Of a stretch of DNA of 64,000 nucleotides, positions 1 to 11,512 are shown in pieces. Source of the stretch: Octopus sinensis (taxonomy: Eukaryota); NCBI RefSeq assembly GCF_006345805.1, contig NC_043008.1:434001-498000 (forward strand), read 5' to 3'. The translations under genes and the position numbers were made by a program. The stretch's first letter is position 1. The number at the start of each line of letters is the position of its first letter. The notes under the pieces were generated by a model. That model saw nothing but the letters and a program-made list of their open reading frames with translations, was not told the DNA's origin and ran no database searches.

Positions 1-2724
1 TTAATTGGTATAAATTTGTCAATTGACATGCAGTTGTTTATTTAATTAGCATAAGTTTGTCAATTGACATGCAGTTGTTTAATTGGTATAAATTTGTCAA
101 TTGACATGCAGTTGTTTATTTAATTAGCATAAGTTTGTCAATTTACATGCAGTTGTTTATTTAATTAGCATAAATTTGTCAATTGACATGCAGTTGTTTA
201 ATTGGTATAAATTTGTCAATTGACATGCAGTTGTTTAATTGGTATAAATTTGTCAATTGACATGCAGTTGTTTAATTGGTATAAATTTGTCAATTGACAT
301 GCAGTTGTTTAATTGGTATAAATTTGTCAATTGACATGCAGTTGTTTAATTGGTATAAATTTGTCAATTGACATGCAGTTGTTTAATTGGTATAAATTTG
401 TCAATTGACATGCAGTTGTTTATTTAATTAGCATAAGTTTGTCAATTGACATGCAGTTGTTTAATTGGTATAAATTTGTCAATTGACATGCAGTTGTTTA
501 ATTGGTATAAATTTGTCAATTGACATGCAGTTGTTTATTTAATTAGCATAATTTGTCAATTGACATGCAGTTATTTAATTGGTATAAATTTGTCAATTGA
601 CATGCAGTTGTTTAATGGTATAAATTTGTCAATTGACATGCAGTTGTTTAATTGGTATAATTTGTCAATGACATGCAGTTGTTTAATTGGTATAAATTTG
701 TCAATTGACATGCAGTTGTTTAATTGGTATAAATTTGTCAATTGACATGCAGTTGTTTATTTAATTAGCATAAGTTTGTCAATTGACATGCAGTTGTTTA
801 ATGGTATAAATTTGTCAATTGACATGCAGTTGTTTAATTGGTATAAATTTGTCAATTGACATGCAGTTGTTTATTTAATTAGCATAAGTTGTCAATTGAC
901 ATGCAGTTGTTTATTTAATTAGCATAATTTGTCAATTGACATGCAGTTGTTTAATTGGTATAAATTTGTCAATTGACATGCAGTTGTTTAATTGGTATAA
1001 ATTTGTCAATTGACATGCAGTTGTTTAATTGGTATAAATTTGTCAATTGACATGCAGTTGTTTATTAATTAGCATAAGTTTGTCAATTGACATGCAGTTG
1101 TTTAATGGTATAAATTTGTCAATTGACATGCAGTTGTTTATTGGTATAAATTTGTCAATTGACATGCAGTTGTTTATTTAATTAGCATAAGTTGTCAATT
1201 GACATGCAGTTGTTTAATTGGTATAAATTTGTCAATTGACATGCAGTTGTTTAATTGGTATAAATTTGTCAATTGACATGCAGTTGTTTAATTGGTATAA
1301 ATTTGTCAATTGACATGCAGTTGTTTAATTGGTATAAATTTGTCAATTGACATGCAGTTGTTTAATTGGTATAAATTTGTCAATTGACATGCAGTGTTTA
1401 ATTGGTATAAATTTGTCAATGACATGCAGTTGTTTATTTAATTAGCATAAGTTTGTCAATTGACATGCAGTTGTTTAATTGGTATAAATTTGTCAATTGA
1501 CATGCAGTTGTTTAATTGGTATAAATTGTCAATTGACATGCAGTTGTTTATTAATTAGCATAAGTTGTCAATTGACATGCAGTTGTTTAATTGGTATAAA
1601 TTTGTCAATTGACATGCAGTTGTTTAATTGGTATAATTTGTCAATTGACATGCAGTTGTTAATTGGTATAAATTGTCAATTGACATGCAGTTGTTAATTG
1701 GTATAAATTTGTCAATTGACATGCAGTTGTTTATTTATTAGCATAAGTTTGTCAATTGACATGCAGTTGTTTAATTGGTATAAATTTGTCAATTGACATG
1801 CAGTTGTTTAATTGGTATAAATTTGTCAATTGACATGCAGTTGTTTATTTAATTAGCATAAGTTTGTCAATTGACATGCAGTTGTTAATTGGTATAAATT
1901 TGTCAATTGACATGCAGTTGTTATTTAATTAGATAAGTTTGTCAATTGACATGCAGTTGTTTAATTGGTATAAATTTGTCAATTGACATGCAGTTGTTTA
2001 ATTGGTATAAATTTGTCAATTGACATGCAGTGTGTTTAATTGGTATAAATTTGTCAATTGACATGCAGTTGTTTAATTGGTATAAATTTGTCAATTGACA
2101 TGCAGTTGTTTAATTGGTATAAATTTGTCAATTGACATGCAGTTGTTTATTTAATTAGCATAAATTTGTCAATTGACATGCAGTTGTTTAATTGGTATAA
2201 ATTTGTCAATTGACATGCAGTTGTTTAATTGGTATAAATTTGTCAATTGACATGCAGTTGTTTATTTAATTAGCATAAGTTTGTCAATTGACATGCAGTT
2301 GTTTAATTGGTATAAATTTGTCAATTGACATGCAGTTGTTTAATTGGTATAAATTTGTCAATTGACATGCAGTTGTTTATTTAATTAGCATAAATTTGTC
2401 AATTGACATGCAGTTATTTAATTGGTATAAATTTGTCAATTGACATGCAGTTGTTTAATTGGTATAAATTTGTCAATTGACATGCAGTTGTTTAATTGGT
2501 ATAAATTTGTCAATTGACATGCAGTTGTTTAATTGGTATAAATTTGTCAATTGACATGCAGTTGTTTAATTGGTATAAATTTGTCAATTGACATGCAGTT
2601 GTTTAATTGGTATAAATTTGTCAATTGACATGCAGTTGTTTAATTGGTATAAATTTGTCAATTGACATGCAGTTGTTTAATTGGTATAAATTTGTCAATT
2701 GACATGCAGTTATTTAATTGGTAT
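1..2724. repeat. Tandem satellite, ~70 units of two variants (37 bp and 41 bp); open at the left edge
   Basis: Unit A AATTGACATGCAGTTGTTTAATTGGTATAAATTTGTC (37 bp); unit B AATTGACATGCAGTTGTTTATTTAATTAGCATAAGTTTGTC (41 bp). Palindrome TGTCAATTGACA at the unit junctions. Confidence 0.98.
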
Positions 2725-3500
2725 GTAATTTATTTCATATACAGTTTGGTATGTAGAATACAGTGTGTTACTTGGTATATAGTTTTTAACTGATATACAA
2801 TTTGTTTATTGGTATGCAGTCGTATAACTGGTATGCAAGTAGTGCAATTAGTATGCACAATGTGATAACTGGGACACCTTTTCTTAATAATGCATATAAT
2901 TTGCGAAAGGGTATATAGTCTGCTAATCAGGGAAGAGTATATAACATGGTACATGGTCGTTTAATTAACATATACTTTGTTAATGATGTATAGTTGCTAA
3001 TTAGTTTACCGTGTGATAATTGGTGTGTACAATTATTCAACTGGGACATACAGTCGTTTGATCGGTGGACTGGGAGATGATTTACATACGTGTGAACAGT
3101 GGCGGACTGGGTCTAAAAATATTGGTTGCCAGGAGACTAAGGGGGCCCAACCGCAACTACAAGGCTATCATTTTTTTAATTTTTATTTACTTATTTATTT
3201 ATTTTTGTTAAAAGTATTCTTTTCAACTTGTCTACAAACACAGCCAGGCTGAAATGATTAAGGCATTCTTCCAGTAAAGAACTTTAAAAATTCTCAAACT
3301 TGAGGGGATGGGCCCCTTATATACTAACATGGGCCCTCCTATATAGATTCTAATGGCATCGGGCAGGCTGGCAATCTGGCCAGTCCGCCACTGTCTGTGA
3401 GGGTTGCACGGAGAAAGAAAAAGAAAAGAGATGAAGCTTGCTAATCGATATACACCTTATTGATTAGAGTACAGTGTGTTAATTGATATACAGTGTGACT
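2725..3500 (+). repeat. Degenerate satellite-related repeats, interrupted by a MITE
   Basis: Recurrent decayed AATTGGTAT/CAGT(T)GT motifs at ~18-20 bp spacing continue from the array. Confidence 0.7.
3097..3393. mobile_element. Non-autonomous hAT-like MITE (~297 bp)
   Basis: Perfect 14-bp TIRs CAGTGGCGGACTGG (3097-3110) / CCAGTCCGCCACTG (3380-3393). Flanking 8-mers cgtgtgaa/tctgtgag match 5 of 8 (decayed TSD). Confidence 0.8.
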
Positions 3501-3503
3501 GAA

Positions 3504-3950
3504 GGCGGCGAGCAGATAGAATCGTAAGCACGCTGGGTAAAATGCTTAGCGGCATTTCGTCCGTCTTTACGTTCTGAGTTCAAATTCCGCCGAGGTCCAC
3601 TTTGCTTTTCATCCTTTCGGAGTCAATAAAATAAGGACTAGTTGATTACTGTGATCGAAATAATCGACTCACCCACTGCCCCAAAATTGCTGGCCTTGTG
3701 CCAAAATGTGCAAACATAATTATTCGAGCTGGCAGAATCGTTAGAGCATCGAGCAAAATATTTAGCGTTGTTTCTCTCAACTTTTTACATTTTGAACTCA
3801 AATCTTGCCGAGGTCAACTTTACCGTTTATCTTTTCGGTGGGTGGGTGGGCGATAAAATGAAATGCCAGCCAAGTGCTGATTCCAATGTAGTTAATAACC
3901 CTCTTCCCTCTAAAAAAATATCTTCCTGGTCTTGTACCAGAATTTAAAAC
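3504..3950 (+). mobile_element. Two tandem tRNA-derived SINE copies, family A (head GGCGGCGAGCTGGCAGAA)
   Basis: A/B-box-like head (GAGTTCAAATTCC) and core TTTCATCCTTTCGGRGTCGATAAA shared with more than 10 copies in the window; second copy decayed. Confidence 0.85.
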
Positions 3951-4039
3951 TATTAATATGGATATAATTATCCTGTTTGATTTTCTCGACAGCACAAGAT
4001 CATTGTTTATTTGTTTTAGGCAGAGTTAATTGACTGGAG

Positions 4040-4346
4040 TAGAGGCGCAATGGCCCAATGGTTCGGGCAGCGGACTCGTGGTCGGAGGATCGCGATTTCG
4101 ATTCCCAGACCGGGCGTTGTGTGTGTTTATTGAGTGAAAACACCTAATGCTCTATGAGGCTCCGGCAGGGGGTGGTAGCGACCCCTGTTGTACTTTTTCG
4201 CCCCAATTTTCTCTTGCTCTTTCTTCCTGCTTCTTGAATAACGCTGCGATGAACTGGCGTCCCGTCCAGCTGGGGGGTAACACAATACGCAATAGAAACC
4301 GGGAAACTTGGCCCATGAGCCTGGCTAGGCTTGAAAAGGGTGCATA
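4040..4346 (+). mobile_element. tRNA-derived SINE, family D (head GAGGCGCAATGGCCCA..TGGTT)
   Basis: A box, B box TTTCGATTCCC; similar to 9930-10120 and 13075-13405. Confidence 0.85.
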
Positions 4347-4539
4347 ATAAATAAATAAATAATTTGACTGGACACATTAGTATGAGAGAAGGACGAAAAG
4401 CCAGGTCGACAGTGTGATCGCACAACTGAATCTCGTCATCGTTGAAACAGACTGAGATCCATTTACATCATTGTGTCTGCGTGACATGTAAGTAAAACAA
4501 AGAACATGGTTCAATAACCTCAGTCGTCTATTGCTGCTG

Positions 4540-4735
4540 CTGTTGTTGTTGCTACCTATGTAGACATGCTTTTACCTGCTGCTAGGTAAAAGGAAGCAGA
4601 AGATGGTTTATCATTTCTCGAGGACATTGTGCTGCGTCTTCGAGCTGCCGACTGTTTCGAAGACTGAATGAATTTTATGTATTTTCTTTGAAACACGAGT
4701 CGAATCTTTGAAACGCAGCCGTTTCTGCTAACTGC
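4540..4735. repeat. Dispersed repeat of unknown class, copy 1
   Basis: Aligns by eye with 6085-6255 (shared CGTCTTCGAGCTGC.GACTGTTTC.AAG.CTGAATGAAT and TTTGAAACACGAGTC). Confidence 0.8.
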
Positions 4736-4779
4736 GCCCATAAAACATTTCCCGTTAAAGCAACGTAATTAGACGTTCG

Positions 4780-5260
4780 CAGTCTATATACAGCATACCA
4801 CTTAAAAAGTTGTATACATACAAAGTAGCATAAAGAACATTAATTAACGTACTGTATACCAATTAAACAATTGTATATAGAGTAACTAATTAACATTATG
4901 TATTCCCATTAACTAATTAACTTTCTATATACCCATTACCACACTATATACCCATTAACACACTATATACCAGTTGACAAACGATATGCCAATTAAACAA
5001 ACATACCTATTAACAACTATATACCATTAATGAATTATATACCAGTTAAGCAACTGTAGATGAATTAATACTGTGTATGCCAATTAATTACCAATTAAGA
5101 GACTGTGCCGCGCTTAGCGAATTGTATACCAGTTATCACGCCGTTTTTGTACCAATTAAGAAACTATGTACCATTTAAACAGGTATATAATGATTAACAA
5201 ACTACGTACTAATTAAACAACTTTAAACCATTTAACGACTGTATACACATCAACATATTT
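4780..5260 (-). repeat. Degenerate satellite-related repeats in inverted orientation
   Basis: Repeated TATACCAATTAAACAA-like words are the reverse complement of the satellite core TTGTTTAATTGGTATA. Confidence 0.75.
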
Positions 5261-5267
5261 ATTTCTT

Positions 5268-5635
5268 TATTGCCCACAAGGGGCTAAACAGAGAGAGGAT
5301 AAACAAGGACATCGACCTCAGTGCGTAACTGGTACTTAATTTACCGAAAGGATGAAAGAACAGTTGACCTCGGCGGAATTCGAACTCAGAACGTAACGGC
5401 AGACGAAATACCTATTTCTTTACTACCCACAAGGGGCTAAACACAGAGGGGACAAACAAGGACAGACATAGGTATTAAGTCGATTACATCGACCCCAGTG
5501 CGTAACTGGTACTTAATTAATCGACCCCGAAAGGATGAAAGGAAAAGTCGACCTCAGCGGAATTCGAACTCAGAACGTAACGGCAGACGAAATACCGCTA
5601 AGCATTTCGCCCGGCGTGCTGTTCCTGCCAGCTCG
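5268..5635 (-). mobile_element. Two overlapping family A SINE copies
   Basis: Reverse complement of family A head/core (CGACCCCGAAAGGATGAAAG...GAACTCAGAACGTAACGGCAGACGAAATACC) occurs twice. Confidence 0.85.
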
Positions 5636-6084
5636 CTGTCCTCAACAGATTATATACCAACTAATGCAATATCTACAATATGTCTATAAATAATCTTTAC
5701 AATTTGAAGTATGGAAATGTGAATGTTGCAAAGTTAATTTATGGACACTGTACTTTTTTTCCCCGTCTTCTGTTTCAGAACCATTCCCAGAAGTCCTTAA
5801 CTTAATATTCTACTCATCTTACCCGAGCAATCACTAAGTCATTCTCTCCACGTATTCCCCCTTTCTTTTTGGTTACTACCTTTCTCTCTCACTTTCCTCC
5901 TACTTCTCCTCTCTCTCCCTCTCCCTCTTCCTACCCTGTTATGCCAGGCAAGTAAGCCGCCAGGGTACGTGCAACGTTCTACCCCTGCCAGCAATATCAT
6001 TGTATGTGTGCCACTTAAGTAAACCACGAGGAGAGTTCAATGAACTTTGGCTTCTATTGTTGCTGTTGTTGCTGAAGTTGGTGC

Positions 6085-6255
6085 TGTTACTCTTAGCGAA
6101 TATCTAGACGCACGTTCACCTGCTGCCAGGCAAAGGAAACGGTTTACTTACTTTTGGTGGGAATTGTATCGTCTTCGAGCTGCTGACTGTTTCAAAGTCT
6201 GAATGAATATTATTTCTTTTCTTTGAAACACGAGTCAAATATTTGAATCGCATCA
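6085..6255. repeat. Dispersed repeat of unknown class, copy 2
   Basis: Direct-orientation match to 4540-4735. Confidence 0.8.
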
Positions 6256-6354
6256 GACAGAGCCAACTTCCCGCCAAACATCAAGGTTATCACAGGTAGA
6301 AAACCTTCACAAACGACATAGGGTATATATATATATAAACTAATCAACTGTCTA

Positions 6355-6933
6355 CAAAGTAACGTACCTCAACTTACGTCGGTTACTGGTTCCAAAACAT
6401 ACGACTTAACTCGAAAAACGACGTAACATGAAAAAATGCAAGAAATTTCTTAACCCATTTCTGTTTTAATAAATGGCTTCTACTTAGGCGGCGAGCTGGC
6501 AGGAACGTTAGCACCCCGGGAGAAATGCTTAGCGGTATTTCGTCTGCCGTTATATTCTGAGTTCAAATTCCGCCGAGGTCAACTTTGCCTTTCATCCTTT
6601 CAGGGTCGATAAATTAAGTACCAGTTACGCTCTGGGGTCGATATAATCGACTGGGCCCCCTCCCCCAAAATTTCGGGCCTTGTTCCTAGAGTAGAAACGA
6701 ATAAATGGTTTGTACATATTTTCATTTTTTTTTATCTGATTCTCCACTTCAGTATGGTGTTGGGGTGTGTTTTTTTTTTTTGTTATGCCTTTTCATTATG
6801 TTCGTTGAGACTGGCGTAAAGTCAGATAAATGGACGGAAATTGAGGTTTAATTTTTTTCGTTAATTTCTTTAAAATAACAACGTGAAGTCGAAAAAGTTA
6901 TAACTCGAAACGACATAAGTTGAGGTATACTTG
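6355..6933. mobile_element. Tigger/pogo-like MITE with TA target site, interrupted by a SINE
   Basis: Imperfect TIRs TA|CAAAGTAACGTACCTCAACTTACGTCGG and CGACATAAGTTGAGGTATACTTG|TA. Confidence 0.65.
6487..6697 (+). mobile_element. Family A SINE nested in the MITE
   Basis: Near-complete head, core and tail (GGGCCTTGTTCCTAGAGTAGAAA). Confidence 0.9.
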
Positions 6934-7009
6934 TATATGGAAATGTCTTAAGTCTAAGTGTAAGAATATCTCAGTTATTAATGAGGGAATATTATTTATC
7001 TAAGATGAC

Positions 7010-7215
7010 TAGCTGTCAGAATCGTTAGCACGCCGGACAAAATGCTTGGCGGCGTTTCATCCGTTTTAACGTTTTGAATTTAAATTCCGCCGAGGTCGGC
7101 TTTGCCTTTCATCCTTTCGAGATCGATAAAATATATACCAGCTGAGCACTGGGGTCGTCGTAATCGATTTACCCTCTGCCAAAAACATACTGGTCATATA
7201 CCAAGATTTGAAACC
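7010..7215 (+). mobile_element. Family A SINE
   Basis: Head/core similarity to other family A copies. Confidence 0.85.
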
Positions 7216-7253
7216 AATATTATTTGTTAATGTAGAGATGTGTCAGCATAGAA

Positions 7254-7530
7254 TTCAAGAGCCAACGGTTTTTCATTTCTCTGCCCAGAAATCTACGAAG
7301 CGAAGATGTGGATGAGCTGAAAGGACTTTTCGACAAATTTTTATTTGAGATACAAGATGAACAACACATCATACCAAAAGTCGCAAATAAGGGCAGCTTT
7401 GTCCAATTCACTCATTCACAGGAACTAATATCGGAGTGATGCCATGGAAGCAAGATGAAATACGCTAGCAATCACATCAATAGCGGTGCTCCAACATGGT
7501 CAAAGCCTCCTGATTGAAACAAGTAAAAGT
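7254..7530 (+). mobile_element. 3' end relic of a CR1/L2-type LINE (ORF2 C-terminus plus tail)
   Basis: Frame 7254-7439 reads FKSQRFFISLPRNLRSEDVDELKGLFDKFLFEIQDE..., resembling the 'F.SLP..LR....FK..LDKFL..IPDE' ORF2 end. Followed by tail GCGGTGCTCCAACATGG...GAAACAAGTAAAAG. Confidence 0.65.
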
Positions 7531-7754
7531 AATGAATAAAGGAATGTTTCGGCTATTTATATAGAAAAAAATATTTCAATAATTAAAATGTGAAAATAAC
7601 TCAGTTATAATTTAGAAAAAAAATCTTTAATTAATGTGGTAATGTCTGAATTATTAACGTGAGGTGGTGCTCCAGCATGGCCGCAGTCAAATGACTGAAA
7701 CAAGTAAAAGAGAGTAAAAAAGAGGGTAAAGAGAGTGAGACTATCTCATAATTA

Positions 7755-8150
7755 TATGGAAGTCCTCTTTCCCTGACAACACGAAGAGGAGTTTCTTCAA
7801 TACAATCGCTGAATCAGTGCTTTTCTATGGTTTTTCGGCATGAACACGAAGAAGTGAGTTGAAACGTAGCTTGACAGTACAGACACGAAAATGCTTTGAG
7901 TAGTTCTTAATCTCTCTTGGGAGTAACACCCTGCAAAGTAGATATTTTATGAGGACAGTATAATAACCATAACCTCGGTAATCGAGAGAAAGAACTCGTT
8001 GCGCATGACACTGCTGGAGGAGCGAGGATGAAACATCTTGCGATCTCTCTCTCCGGATACACACGCATGGACACATACAGGTATCGGCAGACCAAGAACA
8101 TATACCGATCGACTTGTGGACGATACTGGATACCGCTGCAATAAGTGTGT
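7755..8150 (+). mobile_element. RTE-clade LINE ORF2 C-terminal relic (stops and frameshifts)
   Basis: Manual translation: WKSS...FFNTIAESVLFYG...LNLSWE*HP...HCWRSEDE..DL..(frameshift)GRPRTYTDRLVDDTGY, typical RTE post-RT motifs. Confidence 0.85.
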
Positions 8151-8429
8151 GAATCTAAGAGCGAAATATATTGAATAAAATCATAATTACCTGACTATCG
8201 TGTATTTTCTTTTACCCTGAGCCAGGGAAAAATTATATATATATAATAAATATTAGGGAATAAATCCAAATTTACAGGGAAAAATCAGATTTAGGATTGA
8301 ATCCAATTTTATAGTAAAATATTATATTATATTAAATTAGAAACAAAACCACTATTATGCAAATCAAACAAAGAAAGACTTAATCCAATACATAAAAAAT
8401 TTTATATAAATTAAATATAATTAAGATAT

Positions 8430-8475
8430 CCACTACGATCGTTTCTTGTCACTTCTATGGACATTCATCAGGTGG
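8430..8475 (-). ncRNA. Minimal type I hammerhead ribozyme (mirror copy)
   Basis: Reverse complement of the 8505-8550 fold. Confidence 0.7.
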
Positions 8476-8504
8476 TTTCAAGACCTTCTTTGCAAGTTTT
8501 AAAA

Positions 8505-8550
8505 CCACCTGATGAATGTCCATAGAAGTGACAAGAAACGATCGTAGTGG
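8505..8550 (+). ncRNA. Minimal type I hammerhead ribozyme
   Basis: CCAC-CTGATGA-A-TGTC[catagaagt]GACA-A-GAAAC-GATC-GTA-GTGG: stem I CCAC/GTGG, stem II TGTC/GACA, palindromic loop 3 (GATC), predicted cut after GUA (8546). Confidence 0.7.
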
Positions 8551-8649
8551 ATATCTTAATTATATTTAATTTATATAAAATTTTTATGTATTGGTTTAAG
8601 TCTTTCTTTGTTTGATTTGCATAATAGTGGTTTTGTCTCTAATTAATAT

Positions 8650-8696
<47 letters not shown>

Positions 8697-9596
8697 AATA
8701 TTCTATAATTATAATTAGGGGTCAGCTAATTGCTTCGTCACGCGCCGAATTTAGAAATAGGCGCTAAAACTCCTTTTCTACTTCCATAAAAATCTAATAC
8801 ATCTAATATACTAATACAGCTGTTTATTTTCTACACCACCTTTCTTCATCATTTGTTTCTTTTTCGTGAATTCTCCATATATATATACATAAAGGATTTA
8901 TTACTCCGGCTCAAACCTTTCGTAGTTACAATACTGAATCAATGGAAAGTTGCGATGTTTATTCCATTTCCAAGAGCAATACTAAGATAAATGCCTAAGA
9001 TTATTGAGAGACGAAACAAAGAAACGAAAGAATTCGAACAAATGAATTTTCTGAACAATTAACGACGGACCGAGTATCTCGCAGAACATTAATAGCAAGA
9101 GAAACCTTTTCAAGATGTTATATTTTTATAATCTTTGAGTCATTAGCATTTGTTCCAAAATAGATTAATTCAGACTTCGCTAATTATAACATCGGTCTTT
9201 CACATTCTTTCTTGTTATTCTTCTTCTATTTTTGTATTTTCATTCATGGTTGCCATAGATGATGTCTGCAGATTATTTTAATCTGGCCTTTTCTTAACCA
9301 TTTGATAAATATTCAATTGAATCTGAGAACTTCTTAGTTCTCGAGATCTCTTGTGTTCTACAAGGGCGGGTAAGAACGATAAGTACTCTAGAATTGTTAT
9401 GAGGACAAAAGCTAAGTAAATCAACCATATTTAGCTTTTTTCTATAGAAATACAACCTTTGTTTCAACTATTTTTTTTTTAAATAATGAAGTATTTAATA
9501 AAATAACCTTCTCATTATTAAGCTGTCGTTCGGAACAGAAATTAACATGAAATTTCGATGGAAAATTTGAATTTATCTCACTTTAAGGGGGTGGTG

Positions 9597-9840
9597 GAAT
9601 CGCGTGGCTTAGTGGTTAGGAGTGTTGGGCTCGTAATCACAAGATAGTGGTTTCGATTCCTGGACTGGGTGATGCATTGTGTTCTTGAACAAAACACTTT
9701 CTTTCACATGACTCCAGTTCACTCAGCTGGCAAAAATGAGTTATCCTGAGACGGACTGGCGTCCTATCCAAGTGGGGAATCTTTACACCATGGAAGCCAG
9801 GAAACCGACCTTATGAGTCTATGGCTCGAGAAGGAACTTT
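9597..9840 (+). mobile_element. tRNA-derived SINE, family C (head GCGTGGCTTAGTGGTTAGG)
   Basis: A/B boxes; core CACTCAGCTGGCAAAAATGAGT shared with 36080, 44075, 50292 and 63626 copies. Confidence 0.85.
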
Positions 9841-9929
9841 TTTTTCTTTTTCATTTTTTAAGCAAGTTTATATCACAGAACTAGGGACAGTCTCAGGCAG
9901 TTTGATATCAAAAGATACAGCAGCCGGTG

Positions 9930-10120
9930 TGGAGGCGCACTGGTCTAGTGGTTAGGGCAGCGAACTCGCGGTTGTAAGAACACGGTTTCGATTCCCAGAC
10001 CGGGCATTGTGAGTGTTTATTGAGTATAAACACCTAAGCTCCACGAGCCTGCGGCGGAGTGGTGTGAACCCCGCTGTACTCTTTCACCACAACTTTCTCT
10101 CACTCTTTCTTCCTACTTCT
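9930..10120 (+). mobile_element. Family D SINE, 3'-truncated
   Basis: Similarity to 4040-4346 and 13075-13405. Confidence 0.85.
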
Positions 10121-10381
10121 GCCACAAAGCAGAGGAAACATGGTGTAACCCACTATGGTGTGGTAAACTTTCAGACTCTAGTCTAGATTGCGAATTCTCT
10201 GTACCCCAGGATGGTTCAGCTCTCCACTCGTTAAAAGCTACCGTTTACGGAATGAGGATAACAACGTAGCTTTCGCGACCGTACAACCGCCAGTCTATCG
10301 CGTGTGGTGGATCTTCAAGTAGCTTAGAGTAGGCTCGAATTAGAGATTATTCTTTGTGGCTAATGGCGTGAGTCCTGATTG

Positions 10382-10453
10382 GAAGAAGAAGAAGAAGAAG
10401 AAGAGAAGAAGAAGAAGAAGAAGAAGAAGAAGAAGAAGAAGAAGAAGAAGAAG
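10382..10453 (+). repeat. (GAA)n microsatellite, possibly the tail of a decayed RTE-like LINE (10140-10380)
   Basis: The repeat is directly visible; the LINE-tail interpretation is weak. Confidence 0.9.
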
Positions 10454-11029
10454 GCAGGTTATGAAAGGCTTTAGAATAAACCAAGACAATGATAAAGGAA
10501 AATTTTTCATTTCGCGTTTTTAGTATTTGGGTGTCTGCAATGAAGCCTTTCTTTGCTCGTAGCTCTTCACATTACTTCATTTGATTAATTTGAATGACAA
10601 CATTTATTAAAATTGAGTTCATATGGACCAGTTTGATTGTCTGCAGATTATTAATTTTCCGTCAAACAACCCAGCAAGAATCCTCTCTTTTTCTAGTCAC
10701 ATCCTTAAGATTTGGATTGCAAGCGAATAAAATATTGACCAGTTACGCAGTAGCGAATGTCATCGTCTACCGTAGCCTAATTACGGTTTCGCTACGGGTA
10801 CAGCAACTCGATCCACGAACTGTCCGATCGTTAGGAATGTGTTGGCATTCTTGATTCTCATCATTAAAATCTGTTGGCATTCAAGATTCTCGTCGAAACA
10901 AAATATAGTCAATCAGATCGCAACCAGACTGTTAATCTTCTGAATATTTCAAATACTCTCCTCATACATAATAAACCACCAAAGCTGTCTGCGATACGAA
11001 TTTATCATCAAACATCTCAAAGCGACGAG

Positions 11030-11236
11030 ATGGCTGAATTGTAAGCGCATCGGACAAAATGCTCAATAGAATTTTCTTCCGGCTCTTTTACGTTCTGATT
11101 TTAAATTGTGCCGACGACGACTTCGCCTTTCATCCTTTCGGCGTCGATAAAATAAGTACAAGTTGTGTACTAGGGTCGATGTCGTCGACTTACCCGCTTC
11201 CTTATAATTGCTGGTCTTGGATCAGAATTTGAAACT
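11030..11236 (+). mobile_element. Family A SINE
   Basis: Head/core similarity. Confidence 0.8.
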
Positions 11237-11299
11237 ATTATTAAACAGCTCATAGGCAGAGAAGTAATATCAGTTTTTACTCCCTTTTATTCTTCAACC

Positions 11300-11444
11300 A
11301 TTGTCAAATTATTTACATTTGACAGATATTTGTCCTCATCTTTTTGCTGTTAACACAACCTTTCGGCTGATACACTCTCCAGCCTTCATCAGGTGTCTTG
11401 GGGAAATTTTGAACCTAGGTTCTCATTCCTAAGGTATTTTTCGA

Positions 11445-11512
<68 letters not shown>

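Larger units (their letters stand above)
8330..8645. repeat. Long inverted repeat (~150-bp arms, ~23-nt spacer), Penelope-like terminal-repeat doublet
   Basis: 8335-8478 is the near-perfect reverse complement of 8502-8645. Confidence 0.95.

Noticed and set aside
560-1697. ORFs within the satellite
   Set aside because: Translations of the 37/41-bp tandem unit.
1-2724. CRISPR-like appearance (37-bp repeat with a palindrome)
   Set aside because: No unique spacers, eukaryotic context, no cas genes.
10560-10800. Possible hAT dimerisation-domain relics (also 60660-60780)
   Set aside because: Only faint peptide resemblance; cannot be supported without a profile search.
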